Shown here: positions 1-14,300 of the stretch, in pieces
Numbering within the stretch: the stretch's first letter is position 1
Layout of the letters: each line of letters starts with the position of its first letter
Source: Tubiluchus corallicola
Lineage: Eukaryota; Animalia; Priapulida
Assembly (NCBI GenBank): GCA_030141605.1
Contig: JAQGDQ010000518.1
Coordinates: 93,078 to 157,077 of the forward strand
Direction of reading: 5' to 3'
Length of the DNA: 64,000 nucleotides
Notes under the pieces: model-generated
Told to the model about the DNA's origin: nothing
Database searches by the model: none
What the model saw: the letters and a program-made list of their open reading frames with translations, nothing else
Program-made: the position numbers and the translations under genes

Positions 1-158
1 TGCAGATTAGTAGGTATACAAGAGGCACCAGCCTTTACAGAAAAGTGCAATAAAAGATTACTGCATTTTTAAAGACACATCACCATGTTCAGCAAAGACA
101 GAGTTAGTACAGCAGGATATATTTTAATAATGACAGTCAACTTCACAAACATAATATG

Positions 159-794
159 TGTGCTTGCATAGCAAAATCGTCAATAAGTCAGCGTTAAACT
201 TTTCTATTTATTTACATATCCTGAATTTCCATTTCATGAGGATAATTTTGATACCAAGCTCATCGCTCTATGATATTTCTAAGCTGAAATAATCCATGTT
301 GAAATTGAGGTGCAGGCTACATACTGAAAAACATAACATTGAGAAAGTCGCAGTTAAAGTTAGCCATTGTTTTGTGTCGCATTTCTACAAAACACTTAGC
401 AACCTCGCAAATCTTGATTGCTATGGACTTTGCAAGAACACAAGGAAGTTATGTTTAAATCCAGTAGGTAGCTCTTCTTGATGAAGATCTTGGCTTAGCA
501 ACAGAAAAACGGGAAGCAAAATGACTGCTCCGAGTTACTATCAGAGTTTGAAAATACAAGTTTTTTACAATTGCAGTACTAGTTTCTAGCCAGGAAAGTG
601 GATACAGAGTTACAAAATTAGATTTTTAGTATTTTTGAACATTTTCTTGATAATTTGATGCTAGAATATAAAAATCCAATATATTTAGCGATTGTTTTTA
701 TACTTGACTAAATTTTTTGAGCTTTCTACTTTGAAGCATCATAATGTAGTTTCAGCTATGCCGACTGATGGATGGTTTTGGTTTGCAAGCACTC
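159..794. mobile_element. ~635-bp TIR element, copy 1
   Basis: Ends gtgtgcttgcatagcaaaatcg / gatggttttggtttgcaagcactc. The whole body is homologous, in inverted orientation, to 23535-24176; the spurious ORFs 296-481 and 23834-24043 are visibly homologous. Confidence 0.75.
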
Positions 795-1485
795 ATATAA
801 TTTAACTTAGTAAGACATGCCTAGTAAACAGCATTAGATGGGAGGTTACAATTTCCGTTATGCACAATTAGAGTTACATTGAGAATCTGTCACTTCGTAG
901 GAAATTGAATGTAAAGTGACAATGATTTAGACAAGAATAACTTAATTAGAATTGAACCGCCAGTCACGTAGTAACTGCATGTATAGTGGCAATGAAATGG
1001 CAAAAACGAGCAGGTAGATTGTGTGTGCCCTGATTTTGCTGTGATTTTTGTTTGGCAAGCCTACTAAGAGAAAGAAAAATATAACTCAACTTCATTAATA
1101 TAAATTAAAGAATACAAAACACAAAATTTATGCAACATTAATTCTCAGTTATAAGTGCTTATCAGCTGTAGTTTCATTAAAAATATGATTTGTGGCTAAT
1201 ATGTGTTAATTAATATTTAAAGTATTTCGGAATTCATTTCATCATGGTATCAGAAGAGTTAGAAAGTTCGCTACTCCAAAAGGACCTCATTCCACAATAA
1301 ATACATTTACAAAATTGTGGTAATTTAACATTTTTACGTGACCAATCTTTGTTATCAGCAAAATACATTTAATTCAGTAAAACTGCAGAACCATAGCAAA
1401 TTATCAACATGCAAACCTAAACAAACACCAAGATGCAACTTTTACATACTAAGTTAAGCGGGGAAATCTACATATAGTAAACATA

Positions 1486-1871
1486 CACTCATATCTCGGT
1501 TTGCCGGACCTCACTTTTACGGATATGAGAAGAATCGGACAAAAATCTGGACAGTTAAAATGTCTCGCATGCTACGGACACAGCCCGTCGTTTCGTGAGC
1601 TGGCCGCTAGTTGGGGAGCCGTCACTTTGTTTATATTGTTACATCAGTGTAACCAAGCAGCATATAAGTCAACTGCCGACAGTTTTTATATACTTTTGCA
1701 CAGGAGCAGCCAGTGCTAGGCGTTTTTGAAACAATTAAGCGACTGATTCTATATTACCATGAGTGTAATACATGGTGCCTACTGTATTAGATTAGTATCC
1801 GTAACTACGGATAATCGGCAAATTCTGACCGACATCTCCCTGCTTTTGTCCAGCAAACCGAGATATGAGTG
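1486..1871. mobile_element. MITE, Tc1/mariner/pogo-like, TA target duplication
   Basis: TA|cactcatatctcggtttgc ... gcaaaccgagatatgagtg|TA: perfect 19-bp TIR with TA flanks. Confidence 0.85.
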
Positions 1872-2330
1872 TACATTAAATTTGCTAACCTATGTAAGTA
1901 CAAGCAAAAAGAAGTCAAATAACAAATGTACTTTACTCAATGGACTCAAAATACATTACTACTTGATGCACAATTCACAACTGAGTGCAACTGTATACTA
2001 ATGTTGTGCAATAAAGGTACTTATTTCTAAACTGAATTTGAAGTAAAACATGATAACGTATCCTCAAGAGCATGTCATACTGTAGGCATCTACTGTATTT
2101 TGATATCGACCTAGTTACGTTTGTGATTATACAAGCACAGTGTTATAGTAAATGCATCAGGAAGGCTTTAGTTTATGCAGTATTTGTTAGAACAAAAATC
2201 TCTTCATGCAGAGATTAGTCACTCATGCACTAGAAGCTAATTAGTGAAAAACAATAGAATGTTACGGAAGAGGAATCCATTGAAGCCAGTTAGTGCAAAA
2301 TGCTGGGAACACAGCATGCATTGTACTTAC

Positions 2331-5300
2331 AATGGCCGGCGCCCAAGGAAAATGTAACTTGGGGCTGAATGGGGCCAGCAAGGTCAAATCCTTGGGAATG
2401 ATTTTACCGTTGAAGTGGTAAAATGATAACAGTCCTATCACATATAAAAATGGTTAAGAAGGTATTCAGAACTTGACTGTCTAACACTAATTTAATACTG
2501 ATTTACGTAAACAATAGTTATGCTGATTTACGTAAACAATAGTTATGCTGATTTACGTAAACAATAGTAATGCTGATTTATGTAAACAATAGTTATGCTG
2601 ATTTACGTAAACAATAGTAATGCTGATTTATGTAAACAATAGTTATGCTGATTTATGTAAGCAATAGTTATGCTGATTTACGTAAACAATACTTATGCTG
2701 ATTTATGTAAGCAATAGTTATGCTGATTTATGTATGCAATAGTTATGCTGATATATGTAAACAATAGTTATGCTGATTTATGTAAACAATAGTTATGCTG
2801 ATTTATGTATGCAATAGTTATGCTGATATATGTAAACAATAGTTATGCTGATTTATGTATGCAATAGTTACGCTGATATATGTAAACAATAGTTATGCTG
2901 ATATATGTAAACAATAGTTATGCTGATATATGTAAACAATAGTTATGCTGATTTATGTACACAATAGTTATGCTGATTTATGTATGCAATAGTTACGCTG
3001 ATATATGTAAACAATAGTTATGCTGATATATGTAAACAATAGTTATGCTGATTTATGTAAACAATAGCTATGCTGATTTATGTAAACAATAGTTATGCTG
3101 ATTTATGTATGCAATAGTTATACTGATATATGTAAACAATAGTTATGCTGATTTACGTAAACAATAGTTAACCACACTGTCGGTACTAATTTCACAAAAC
3201 AATCAACAAGTGCCAGAGAAGTGTTGAAAAATAACACAGTTGTTTAGAAGATATAAGTAGTCATTCATAATCAAATGTTAATTAAATAAGTCGTATGTGC
3301 AATACAAACAATTCACACCGTGTTTAGTTTGAGATATTAAAAATCATTATCAGAGTGACTGGAAACAATTTTAGATCACTGAAATTCAACAATACGTCCA
3401 GAAAAGTAAAGACTGCATCCATGCCTCTCATATTTGCAAGTTTTAAAAACAAATAATTCTTAAAGTGCATAATTTTGTCACTGTATCAAAACTAAATTAT
3501 AAAACTGGAAGAACTGAAACGTACCTAAACCAGCAACAATCATAACTTTCCCTATGAAAAGCAGAAAATCTGTCACACTGTCCAAAACAATCACCCTGAA
3601 ATAGAATTATTAATTTTAAATTAGCAATAATACATTGAACCAGGTCTGGCTTCGATTACAATTACAATCGATTACAATCATGGTCAAGTATACAATCTGC
3701 TATAATTATAATCCTAATCGCATTTGTAAAAGGCAAAAAAAATCATATTCGTAATGTAGTCTAATAATTGATATAATCATCTTCTGTTATCAGTTTATAC
3801 AGAATAATCCCAAGCTTTATTAAACTTATGCTAATAAAATAGTTATTTCGCAAAAATGCAAATGAAAGAATTTAGACTCTTGCAAATTAACATAGAATAG
3901 AACGTACACTGAGAAGATATGACATCAGTTTAAGCTTTCTGCTTTGCCTTTAGAATACTAATATAAATTGAAACCTTTTTCATATTTAAATAACTACAGC
4001 TATAACTAAATAAATAAAAAAATCATGTTAAAATATATGCTTTAGTTTTACTTTTCATTGCAATGATGAAAACTAGGCTCTACATCACACACATTACCAT
4101 TCACTTAAAAGTCTACGTGAGTTAAACAAATAACAGTATCAAAAACTGTTAAATGCATTTCTCTTAGTTTTAAATGGAATAATTAATGTAACCATAATTG
4201 TAATCTTATCCACATAATCAAAATTGTAATTGTAATCATCACTTTGTTAAGCAATCATAATCGTAACCATAGTGTATAGTGGTGCTATCAGGGCATAAAT
4301 GTAAACACAATCATACTCCTCTAACGGTAATTGATCCCAGGCCTGCCTTTTAAACTAGCACTAAGTGAAAGTGCTTAGAGATTCATTAATAACATTTTAA
4401 AGGTTCATCAAAGAAAAAGCCAAACATCAACAAAAAAACAAAAACAAATTAAACGATTTTGAGTCTCAAAATAAAAAGTCATCCTAAGATAAAGTTGACA
4501 TATCACAGTGTTTCACACTTTATAGGTTTTAGGATGCAGTGTGCTTCAAAGATCTCACCACCTGAATTCACTTGTCAGTTGATGTGCGAGACACCCGATG
4601 CTGAAGACAGTGTCATAGATATAAATGCTGCAAAACTGCTAATAACCACAGTGCAGAATCATTGTCTATCAAAGACAACCGGTAAAGATGTGACACACTT
4701 CCAGCTGAAGTGGTACTTACAGCAAACTAGAAAGGCCAGGAATGTTCACACAGTGACACACAGTTTCATCATTCAAAAATTTCAGTAGGTTTTTCTTCCG
4801 CTTTTCTTATCGCAGTTGTTGATGGTTTTTGATGAATGCAACTTTTGCAAGTTAAATTATAGTTATATAATAAATATGACAGTGCGCTGGAGATGTACAT
4901 AAATCGATACGACAAAATACTTAAAAATTAAAAGTCAGATGTTAGCAGATAAATAATAGAGATTTTACCTGATTATATTTCTCATTAGAAGGTTAAATGC
5001 ATGCTTGGCTGATGTGCAAAAGCTTTTCCCGTAAATAGCAATCTGTAAAAAGCACAAAGAGACATGGAAAAATGGAAAGTAACTGAAGGACATTTTGGTT
5101 TTGAGAAAAAACCTCAAAAGCAACAGTGTGACTTCTGATAGTACCAAAAGACAATTTACCAATATTTATGTATATTACTTTATACAAAAACAGTATAGGT
5201 AACAAATGTCTTATATATAACAGATTTGTTGAAAACAAACTTATGGTTTCCTGGTAATGAAATTAAAACTCATCAGTCATTACCTTGGTTAATAAAATTA

Positions 5301-8300
5301 AAAGGGAGTGCCAAGTGAACCATTTCTCATAATTCTCATTGACAAACCAAACCATTTAATACCATATCATATCATATATTTATAACGTACAATAAAATAA
5401 CTGATTAGACGAAGCATAACAGTCAATGTGTACAACGCACTATAAAGCAGTATGGGTACAGCATGGGCCAGTGAATGATTACCATGCTCACTTAAAGGAT
5501 GCGATTCTTCTTATATCAGGTGGTGCAAAAAAAGTGTCAAATTTTTTATCACAATATTATAGGACGGAAGTAACGGAATTCCTTGAAAATTACTACACTG
5601 ATACAACTATAGCAGACGCCTATGTATAAACATCAAAAACTTCAGGTCATTGCCTTATATTTCAAAGATGAAAAAGCTTTAAATTAACAAGTCAAAAAAA
5701 TACATGCCGGATAAAATTTTGTGTAACCATTGTTGAGATTTAAGACAAGTGTTCTACTTGTCCACCATTTTTACTACAAACTAGACTAAGGCATTTCTCT
5801 TAACAACTGACATAGTTTCATCATTGTTTAAAGGTTATTTGGTCCCAGCATGCAACAATTTTTGCCTTTAGTTCCTGTGCATCAAACAGCTCTGTGCAGC
5901 TGCCGTACACTTTCTCTTTAAGGGAATTCCAGATAATACAGTCCAGAGGATTAAGTCCCATATTTTCTTGGCAACAAATCTTTATCAATACTTTATTTTT
6001 TCTGGTGAAGACCATGACGTAAACTGGTTCATTGCCTTATTGTTTTGCCCCATACATTGAGAGGCTTATATGTCACTGAACGTGGCTTTTTTCAGTTGAT
6101 GATTTGCTGACATTGTTCAGGCATTTAAATTTTTAACAGTGGTGCAAAAACTTTTTGGCTGTAAATTAAAAACTGTTAAACCGATAAACTTGTAGCTTTC
6201 ACAGCCAAAAGCTAATATACTGCAGTATGAAGCTGTAAAAATTCAACTTTGCAGGGCACTTGCTTTTAAACTATTGTATTTTAAGTTTTCGTCACATTCT
6301 TTCTGTGCCCCCCTTAATTTAGAACTTTTCAAGCAATCAAATTACCCTTGCCAGTACAGCGAACTCTGTATTCTTTTATACTCTCTACATATGCTTGAAC
6401 ACTGCTGTGAAATATGAAGAGTAATCTGATTACTTTATACAAAAATGAACCCCGTTTTAATTTCGACCCAATTAATAAAGTAGGAAAAAAGTCAAAATGA
6501 TTAAATACTATTACACGCCTAACTTAGGATATGTGTAAATGCAAAACCGTATAAGAAAAAGAACATACAAAAGCAAGACTAAGTTTGATACCATTATGTA
6601 CGCATTCTTGTTAAGAAACTTTAAAAACTTCTCCAAGCACCAGAAGAAACATCGCAGGCACTTTAGGCAGAATCTAGCTATTGTATTCTCAGCACCACGG
6701 AGCTTATAGTCCAGGTATTCAAGTAAAACTCGAAACATTCTCACTATGGCTATTAATAACGATCCAAATGCTAAAGAACCCAAATGATACCTGAAAAATA
6801 TACTTGCCTCATTATAATTTTGTGTGCAACAAACAAAATTAATGCAGAATTAGTTTTGTGCACAACATAATGTATGATGTATTGTAATATATATACACAT
6901 TTATGAGCAGACTACAAAACACAAGACATTACTTCAATAGACTAAAAAAACTCAGAATCAAAAATCTTAATCAGTATCATCAAAAAATGTAGCAACATCT
7001 GATTTCCAGTAACATTTAACATAGCTATTGTTATAAAAATCTTAAAAGACAATCAATGTATAAGAATTTAATTATTATTGGCATATACATTACTTTAGAA
7101 TGACATACACATAACAAAACAACAACAAAATACGAAAGTATAAAACAGAGCTATTACGTTACAGCTATAGAGCCAGTTTCTGTATGATGCAATTTCTTTC
7201 ATGACAGTAAACTATATCAAAGTGTTTACACTACCTGTTTTGCCTTCTACCAAACTCATCAATGAAGTAACAGGTTGATGTAGCTTTAAATTGCACTCAC
7301 GTACATGTTTAGATCACATAAGAGCTTTGAATCAGCATACCGTAATGCTCTTCCTAAAGCAGCCGATACCGGCATCGCAGGAACGTCTTTAGGCTTCTTC
7401 CACGCCCAGTACCAAGATGCAAATGCCCCAGCAAGTGTCATCTGTCCCAGTGCAATGATGAAGAATATCAACCAAAACCACATGAAACCATTGTAGATTT
7501 GAAACCAAAAGATGTTTCTATACAATGAGAATGATTGAGGTAAAATTTTGATGAAATAACAGGCAGTACATGGAGTTCCGTGAACGAGTTAAATTCTGCC
7601 ATTAGACATTTGACGTAGATGTACAAACATGATGCACATGAACACCATCGCATAACCGTGGAAAGCTGCTTAACTCCTTCAGGACCGCACCATTCAAAAC
7701 AGATCTATGACTTATCTGCTACTGTATGAACACAGACATAACTAAATGATTACAAATTAGGTATTGTTCTATTCAAGGGAATCTCGGCTATCCAATCACA
7801 CTATTTGTTTAGACATTTATAAATGATTTAGTTGGATAAAATTTAAAAAAACACACCGTTTTCAGGCACTCCAACCAAGCGGATTGAGCAGCTTAGTCAG
7901 ATGTACACTTATGTGATCATACACACTAATTTTTTGATCGGCTGTTTACTACAACCCAAGGGAACAGTCTGCTGTACAGAGCACCAGGAAAAGCCAATTG
8001 ATTAACCAAGGAGAAATTAAGGTAATTTCATCTTTTAGCAGAAATTTCTCCTTAAAAGTAGAGTAGACTTGAGGCCAAGGTGTATCAGAATGTTGTGTCT
8101 GGATAGTTGAAATTTTCTGCATTAACCGATTTCAAACAAGTGCTACTGTACATTGGTATAGCGCAAACACTGCAGTTACCAAAAAAAAAAATTTCCACTT
8201 TTTTAACAAAAATCAATTTGTAATTTGTCTAAAGTAAGCAAATGCATTTCACGCATAATTTTGCATGAAAGTCAATCGTGTGAGGAGTAGAAACCTACAA

Positions 8301-11300
8301 AAATTATCAAATATAGCATAAATGCTGCTTAGCGGAAGCAGTTTTTCATGAACCCATGCAAAATGCAGCAAACGCTTATGATCCTGAAGGAGTAAATGTA
8401 AAAAAAATTAAATGAGGCAAGTCACTTACTGTGAGTAGAAATCTCCGCCATATCCAACAAAGATACAATTTGTAGCATTATCATCAGTATACTCCTAAAA
8501 CATAGTTAATATAATCACTATTGTCATTGTCATGATTATTGTCATCATTAACATTTCTTGCTTCTCTGCTGTCAAAAATCAAGTTAAGACAGCAATTATA
8601 AAACAGCAAAGAAATAGCAACTGTGGCATGAATGATGATGATCATGAAAAGGTCAAAGGTTAAGTGTATCAGACAACACATTTGTGTACACTTGACAATG
8701 CCTCGCAATCCATGCTGTTGTAATAGTGACAATTTTAGCGGCAGCTAGAACCTTACCTAGTTCGTTTTTCCTTGTTCTCAAGCAAGATCCTGCCAGTAAA
8801 TTACTCTATGCACAGACTAGTGCATAATCAAGTAAGGTCCAGGCAAAACAACTGAAGTTATTGAACTGATGCAGCTTTGCTTTACATACATCACGTAGTT
8901 AAAATATGTTGCTGCGATTCGCTTAACCTTTGACCTACAGCAACTGTGTGTGCGCGCAACAAAACTGCGAAAAGGCTTATTCTAATGCACCGTGAAAGGT
9001 AATGTAAAAATGCCCTTTTAGAAACATGCTCTCATTTTAATAAAGTTTTATTACTATCTGTTACAACAGCAAGAGTTAATGCACCTTTGGAAGTTATCAG
9101 TAGTAGCTACCATAGTCACAGCAGCAACAACAGTAATGTCACAAGGGAACTAACTATCAAACATAAAAACATGAAATGGTTAAAAGGCTTCATTCAAGAC
9201 TGTTCCCCCCATTATATGGAATCAATACTTACATCAGGATTACACTTTGTTCCCTCTAAGTCACCCGAGGTATTTACAAGTATATACTGCTGCGTTCCAG
9301 ATGATGCTAAAAAGCTGATAAAATGTTAAGGTTATAACATTGGAGCAAAACCTTTTCCATAATTAAACAGGCAACCACATCTGACAATAATTTTGTACCT
9401 ATCTCTACAGGAGGTGATACATGTAGGCGATGCAAACATCAGTTTATAATAAATAACTTAAATATAACATGTTTTCATTAGTTATAGTAACGTATACTAT
9501 TGTTTTGCTAACTTAATGCAAACTATTTTGTAAGCATGCTGGACCTGGCACAGTGAAGATAGTGACTTAGAAGTCACAACATACAACTAGAGCGCAGTAC
9601 AGTAAGTCCTTGCTTAACGACTTCCCCTTTAGCAACATTTCATTTTAACTACACTGAACATTTGACACAGTTTTTATGCTTAACGACGCACTGTTTGGTT
9701 TTAGCAAAGATTTTTTTATTTTGTCAACAACTTCTCTACCTAATTTAAAGCAATAAAACAGTACATATTGCATTATTGCATTCTAAAAACATACCAGTAA
9801 CATAAAAAGTGCAATTATTAGAGAAGTATACGTTTTTGCTTCCGAATTGACCACTAAGTGCTAGCCGTTTGTATTAAGTGAGATCTGGGAGCAAACTCTA
9901 TGCAAGGAATTTTGCCTGTATTCCTGTTGCTATAGTAGCCAAACTAGACAAAATGTCTAAGGTTTAGCTTTGACTCTGCAGCACTGGTTATTGTTTAACT
10001 GCTGCCTACACTTAAATGTTGACAAAAGAGAAACCACTAGCAGGTAAGACATATACAGGTGGTTTCAAGCAAACAGAAAGAAATTAGTCAGTAGAAACGT
10101 GAGTAAAACTCATAAAACTTTTAATTTATATGATTTAAGCAGCATTGATTTTTGCCTGTGGATCACATCTCAATTCTTATACATTACATTCTATGGACAA
10201 CTTGGCTTCCTCTAACAATGTTTAGCTTGATGTAGCCTTTTGCTGGAATGCATTAGCGTTGTTAAGTGAGGACTTACTATATTCATTTTCACAGAAAACA
10301 CATTCTATGCCCATCTAATGACTAATAACTTACTGCTGTTATTCTTTCAGTAAATTCAACGAAAACAAGAAAGTTCATTAAATGAACTAAAAACTGGGTT
10401 TCGCGATGTATGCGACATCGGTGACTCTCTGAAAAAGTCAAGTTCCCACAGTAGCCAAATATGCTCCAAAAGTTCCCCAAATATTTGCAAAATATGTCGC
10501 CAATTATTTGTGACATTTGACAACAAATTCAAAATCTGCAAAAACTTGGAAAGAATTTCGAGATGCTTTTAAGAATGCAACAGCAACTTTACAGCTATTT
10601 TTAAAAATGTTTGCAACACTTTGGGGAATCTCAATTGTCTTGTACCTCTTTCTGCAAAAGGCTCACTAAAATGTTATAAAATGAACAACAATATATTCTC
10701 ACGAATGCTGCCAAAGTCGCTAAACAACTGCAAATGTCACAAAGATGGTGCGCAAATTTTGTGCGACATTCTCGTGCTTGTCACACCTTTTGTTTTAGGA
10801 AAGAGTCCAAAATTTGCAAAAAAGTGGCAAAAGTCATGCGAAATTATTTAAAACTTTCGGACGACTAAACACAGTTGTGTGAATTTTTTAAAGTAAGTTG
10901 TGTACTTTGGTCATCGCAGAAGAGTCGGATTTCCATGAAACCCTGGTTTAAGGAAAAAAGCATTTTAGGTTAAATAACCATGGCAATGAATCACGACTCA
11001 CAACAGAAAGAAGTGGAAATAGAAAGAAAGACTCTAGTAGAAAAAAGTCAATAACAATGAAAAAAAAGCAATGCAAACATCCAGAAAGATCAACAGCATA
11101 AATTCTACATAAATAACAGAATTCTTATAGTAATTGCAAGGATACACTGCTGTAGCAATCCAATACAGAAATGCTATTATTTGCAGAATGAATGTAAAAA
11201 TTGGAAAAAACAGTGAAGACAAAATCTGACCAACAGCCCTGGAAAAGTAAAATGAAACATTTTAGCAGCTGGTAAACTATGCAACTGAATCTAACCAAAC

Positions 11301-14300
11301 CGTACAGACACAAAATTAATGGAAACGGTATATTTGGCAAAGAGCGCGTGCGATCAGAGTTAAGCACTGCTTAGCCTGGTTAGCTAACGGGATTGTGACA
11401 GACGGAAACATTGTTGAGAGTTTTGTAGTCTCTCCTGCCACAGACTATTTTATTTGTTACAGGAAGATGCATAAGCATCTGAGCATGCCTACTTCATCCT
11501 ATCCACCTTAGTGTCTTGCTTCACATAATTAGCATTGATAAGGAACTAGGTTCCTGTCTTGTCACACCATATGCATTTAGTAGGCCATGCTACTCAGTGC
11601 TGATTTATAAATGTAGAATTGTACAAAAATGCAAATAGTCTTCCCAGTTCATGGAAGAACACAACTGTGTCATACACACAGATGCTCATTTACTAGTCTC
11701 CAGGAATAAGTATGATTCCTGTACTTCTGCCTGTACAAGCATTTCCTGTTCACTTGTTTAGCTCAATCTTAACTTTACATGCTTTCACTTTCTCTCTAGG
11801 AAAGGACAAGTCACTTAGCAGGTTTGGTATATTTTATTGTTATCACTTAGCCTTAGAAAATATAACAAGGAAATTTGTATAAAACTGTCTACAGAGCATA
11901 AAGTTAATCTACACTACCACTGCACGGAATTTTCGGGTGCAGTGGTTGCCGCTGTTCATTTGAAAATTATGACGAACTGGTGGACTTCGTGACTTTTTGT
12001 AAGAGCACCGTGGTAATCCTTAAGTGCGATCAGGTTAAAATAATGCAAACTTCTTCACCTTGCTTAGTATTCGCACAGAAATATCATAAAATTAGTTGTC
12101 TATTTTTTTGCAAAAACTTCTTATATCTTTGACACTGTGCACTGCATATGAATAACGTCATTGGTGGAAAAGTGGCGTTGAAAATGGAAGCGCCCAAGCG
12201 TGAAATGATCGCGACTTTAAAGTGATTTTACTAATTACGCAAGATGCTTATCATACTTTTATTACTAAATCCTTCTAACATTTTCCATGATCTTGAAATA
12301 AGCTTGACTCTCCAGAAGGCTTGGCTTTTACTTTAAGTTAGAACGTATACTTACTTGCTAGCTTCGCTAATCAACTCAATAGCTAATGATATGCGGTTTG
12401 CCAAGACCAGAATTATTAGCAGCAGAATCACCAGAATCACAGACAAAGTTATACCTAAAAATGACACAATTATCAAATTATGATTATTAAGAATATAGCC
12501 AAAAAATGGCAAACTTGGATACAAGCAACAAGAACTCTTCACAAGCCAAGGGAGGAAGTACTGGCCACTTGGAAATGGCGCATAGGGTATAATTTCACAT
12601 TATGACATGTAACATAAAGGTCATGTTGTGTACAAAGTGAAGTAAAACCAGATCTGGCTAGTAAGTTGATAGTGAATGCAGAGAAATCTAGCCCTAGAGT
12701 GGCTTTGTCTGCCAAACAACCCCAGACATTTTCCTCTACGAAAACTGTATATGCATGGGAATAGGAAGCGTTTCATTTGGCTCAGGGTTTTTTCTCAAAC
12801 GGTTTCGTGGTACTTGTTAGATTATGGCTCTGCTAGGAAGGATCAGCATTAGGCATTACTAGTCTCTGTGCTGAATTACCAGCATGTGTCAAACTATCTG
12901 TAACATTCTAAAGATCTGTCATGGGAAAAAATACTCAACCAATATCCATTTCTGGCTTGGTTGATTACGACTGTAACGGGATCTAATGTGCTTCTGTAAA
13001 CATTCATCAAAAACGACTTAAAGGACAAGAAAAGGTGTACCTGATGTACCTGTTTCAGAAAAAATTATATTATTTACAACATTTTTATGCATATAGCGTA
13101 CTCACGTTAAAAGGAATTTTTGTTTGTTTTCATTTTGAATTTCTTGCAATACTGTTCCGAAGTTGCCATTACATGACATCACTTATACAAACATAAATCA
13201 GGGGAAGAAAAGGCAATGTTAAATTATGTCCCAAAAAACGTTCCATGCAAAGTTATATTACTTAGAATTTCGCTTACCCGCTTGAAAGACATGTGTAACT
13301 AGAAATGATAATTTAAACAGTTTGTGCCAATTGGTAAAATGCTGCTGGCTCCAGTGTGCACTACTCAGTAACCAAAAACGTATTTTTAATTTTACTGACA
13401 AGTAAAAGTAATTTTTAATTTAACTTAGTTAGTAACATATACGCTACGAACGCTCTGATTATTTTTTCAATGTTATCTAAACTTGTTTCAAATAACCTAC
13501 CATCAAAGAGGTAGGTTAGACTGCGCCTAACAGTCATCGCAGGAGTTTAAATTTACATGTTTTATACAGCGTTACTGCCGATGTAAGCCCTGCATGCAAA
13601 AAGGCAGTACTAAGTGATATAAAATTTCAAGACGAATTTTTTAAGCTTGATGTAAGTGGAGGGTTTTCTTGTCCTTTAAAGTCTTTAACAAAATGAATAA
13701 CTGCAACGACGATGAAGAACCACCTTATAAAATTTCTGTTTAACAAGTATTGCAATTTGAGAACATCAGTGTCAAATAAGTTATTTCTCCAAAACCACCA
13801 AATGACCACCAAAACCACCACGTTTAAAAATAACTCAAACCCTACTTGTATAATCTACGTATTCAGATTTGCAACGATACTTCCCTAACCCTAACGCAGC
13901 CAGTTCACCACATAAACGTAACATAAATGTACCAGGAGGCCTACTTATAAAAGTCTATTTCACAATAAACAGCAGCCAAAGAGAAACAAAAATAAGCTGC
14001 GAATTAACTAAACGCTTTAGCTAGTTCTCAAGCTTCTATACTAATATGGCAATGTTTAGAGAAAGTATGAAGCCAGTCAAGAAAAATATTCTTACCAAAT
14101 GCCAGCCAAGTAGTTTGAAGACCCAGATAGGCATCAAGATTTGTAGTGAAGCCAATTTCAGTATAAGAAGAATCAGCACCTTCCACGTCTTCCAAGTCAA
14201 CGTACGTCTTGAAACAATAATAACAACCTGAAATGAACAAGTAAATCACGTGAGGTGCCCTGGCATTCACATAAAAACTATGTAATAATTTGCTATAAGT

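Larger units (their letters stand above)
9315..11145 (-). other. U12-type (minor spliceosome) GT-AG intron of SLC44
   Basis: Donor GTATCCTTGC at 11145-11136. Branch site CCTTAAC at 9331-9325 lies just upstream of the AG at 9316-9315 with only a short T-run between. Phase 2 is consistent on both sides. Confidence 0.9.

Noticed and set aside
296-481. Apparent two-member small-protein family (with 23834-24043)
   Set aside because: The similarity comes from two copies of the same non-coding TIR element; non-ATG starts and no domain.
4711-4800. Strong minus-strand gtaagt donor inside SLC44 intron 18, a possible extra exon
   Set aside because: No matching acceptor with an open, SLC44-like frame was found; exons 18 and 19 already join in phase.
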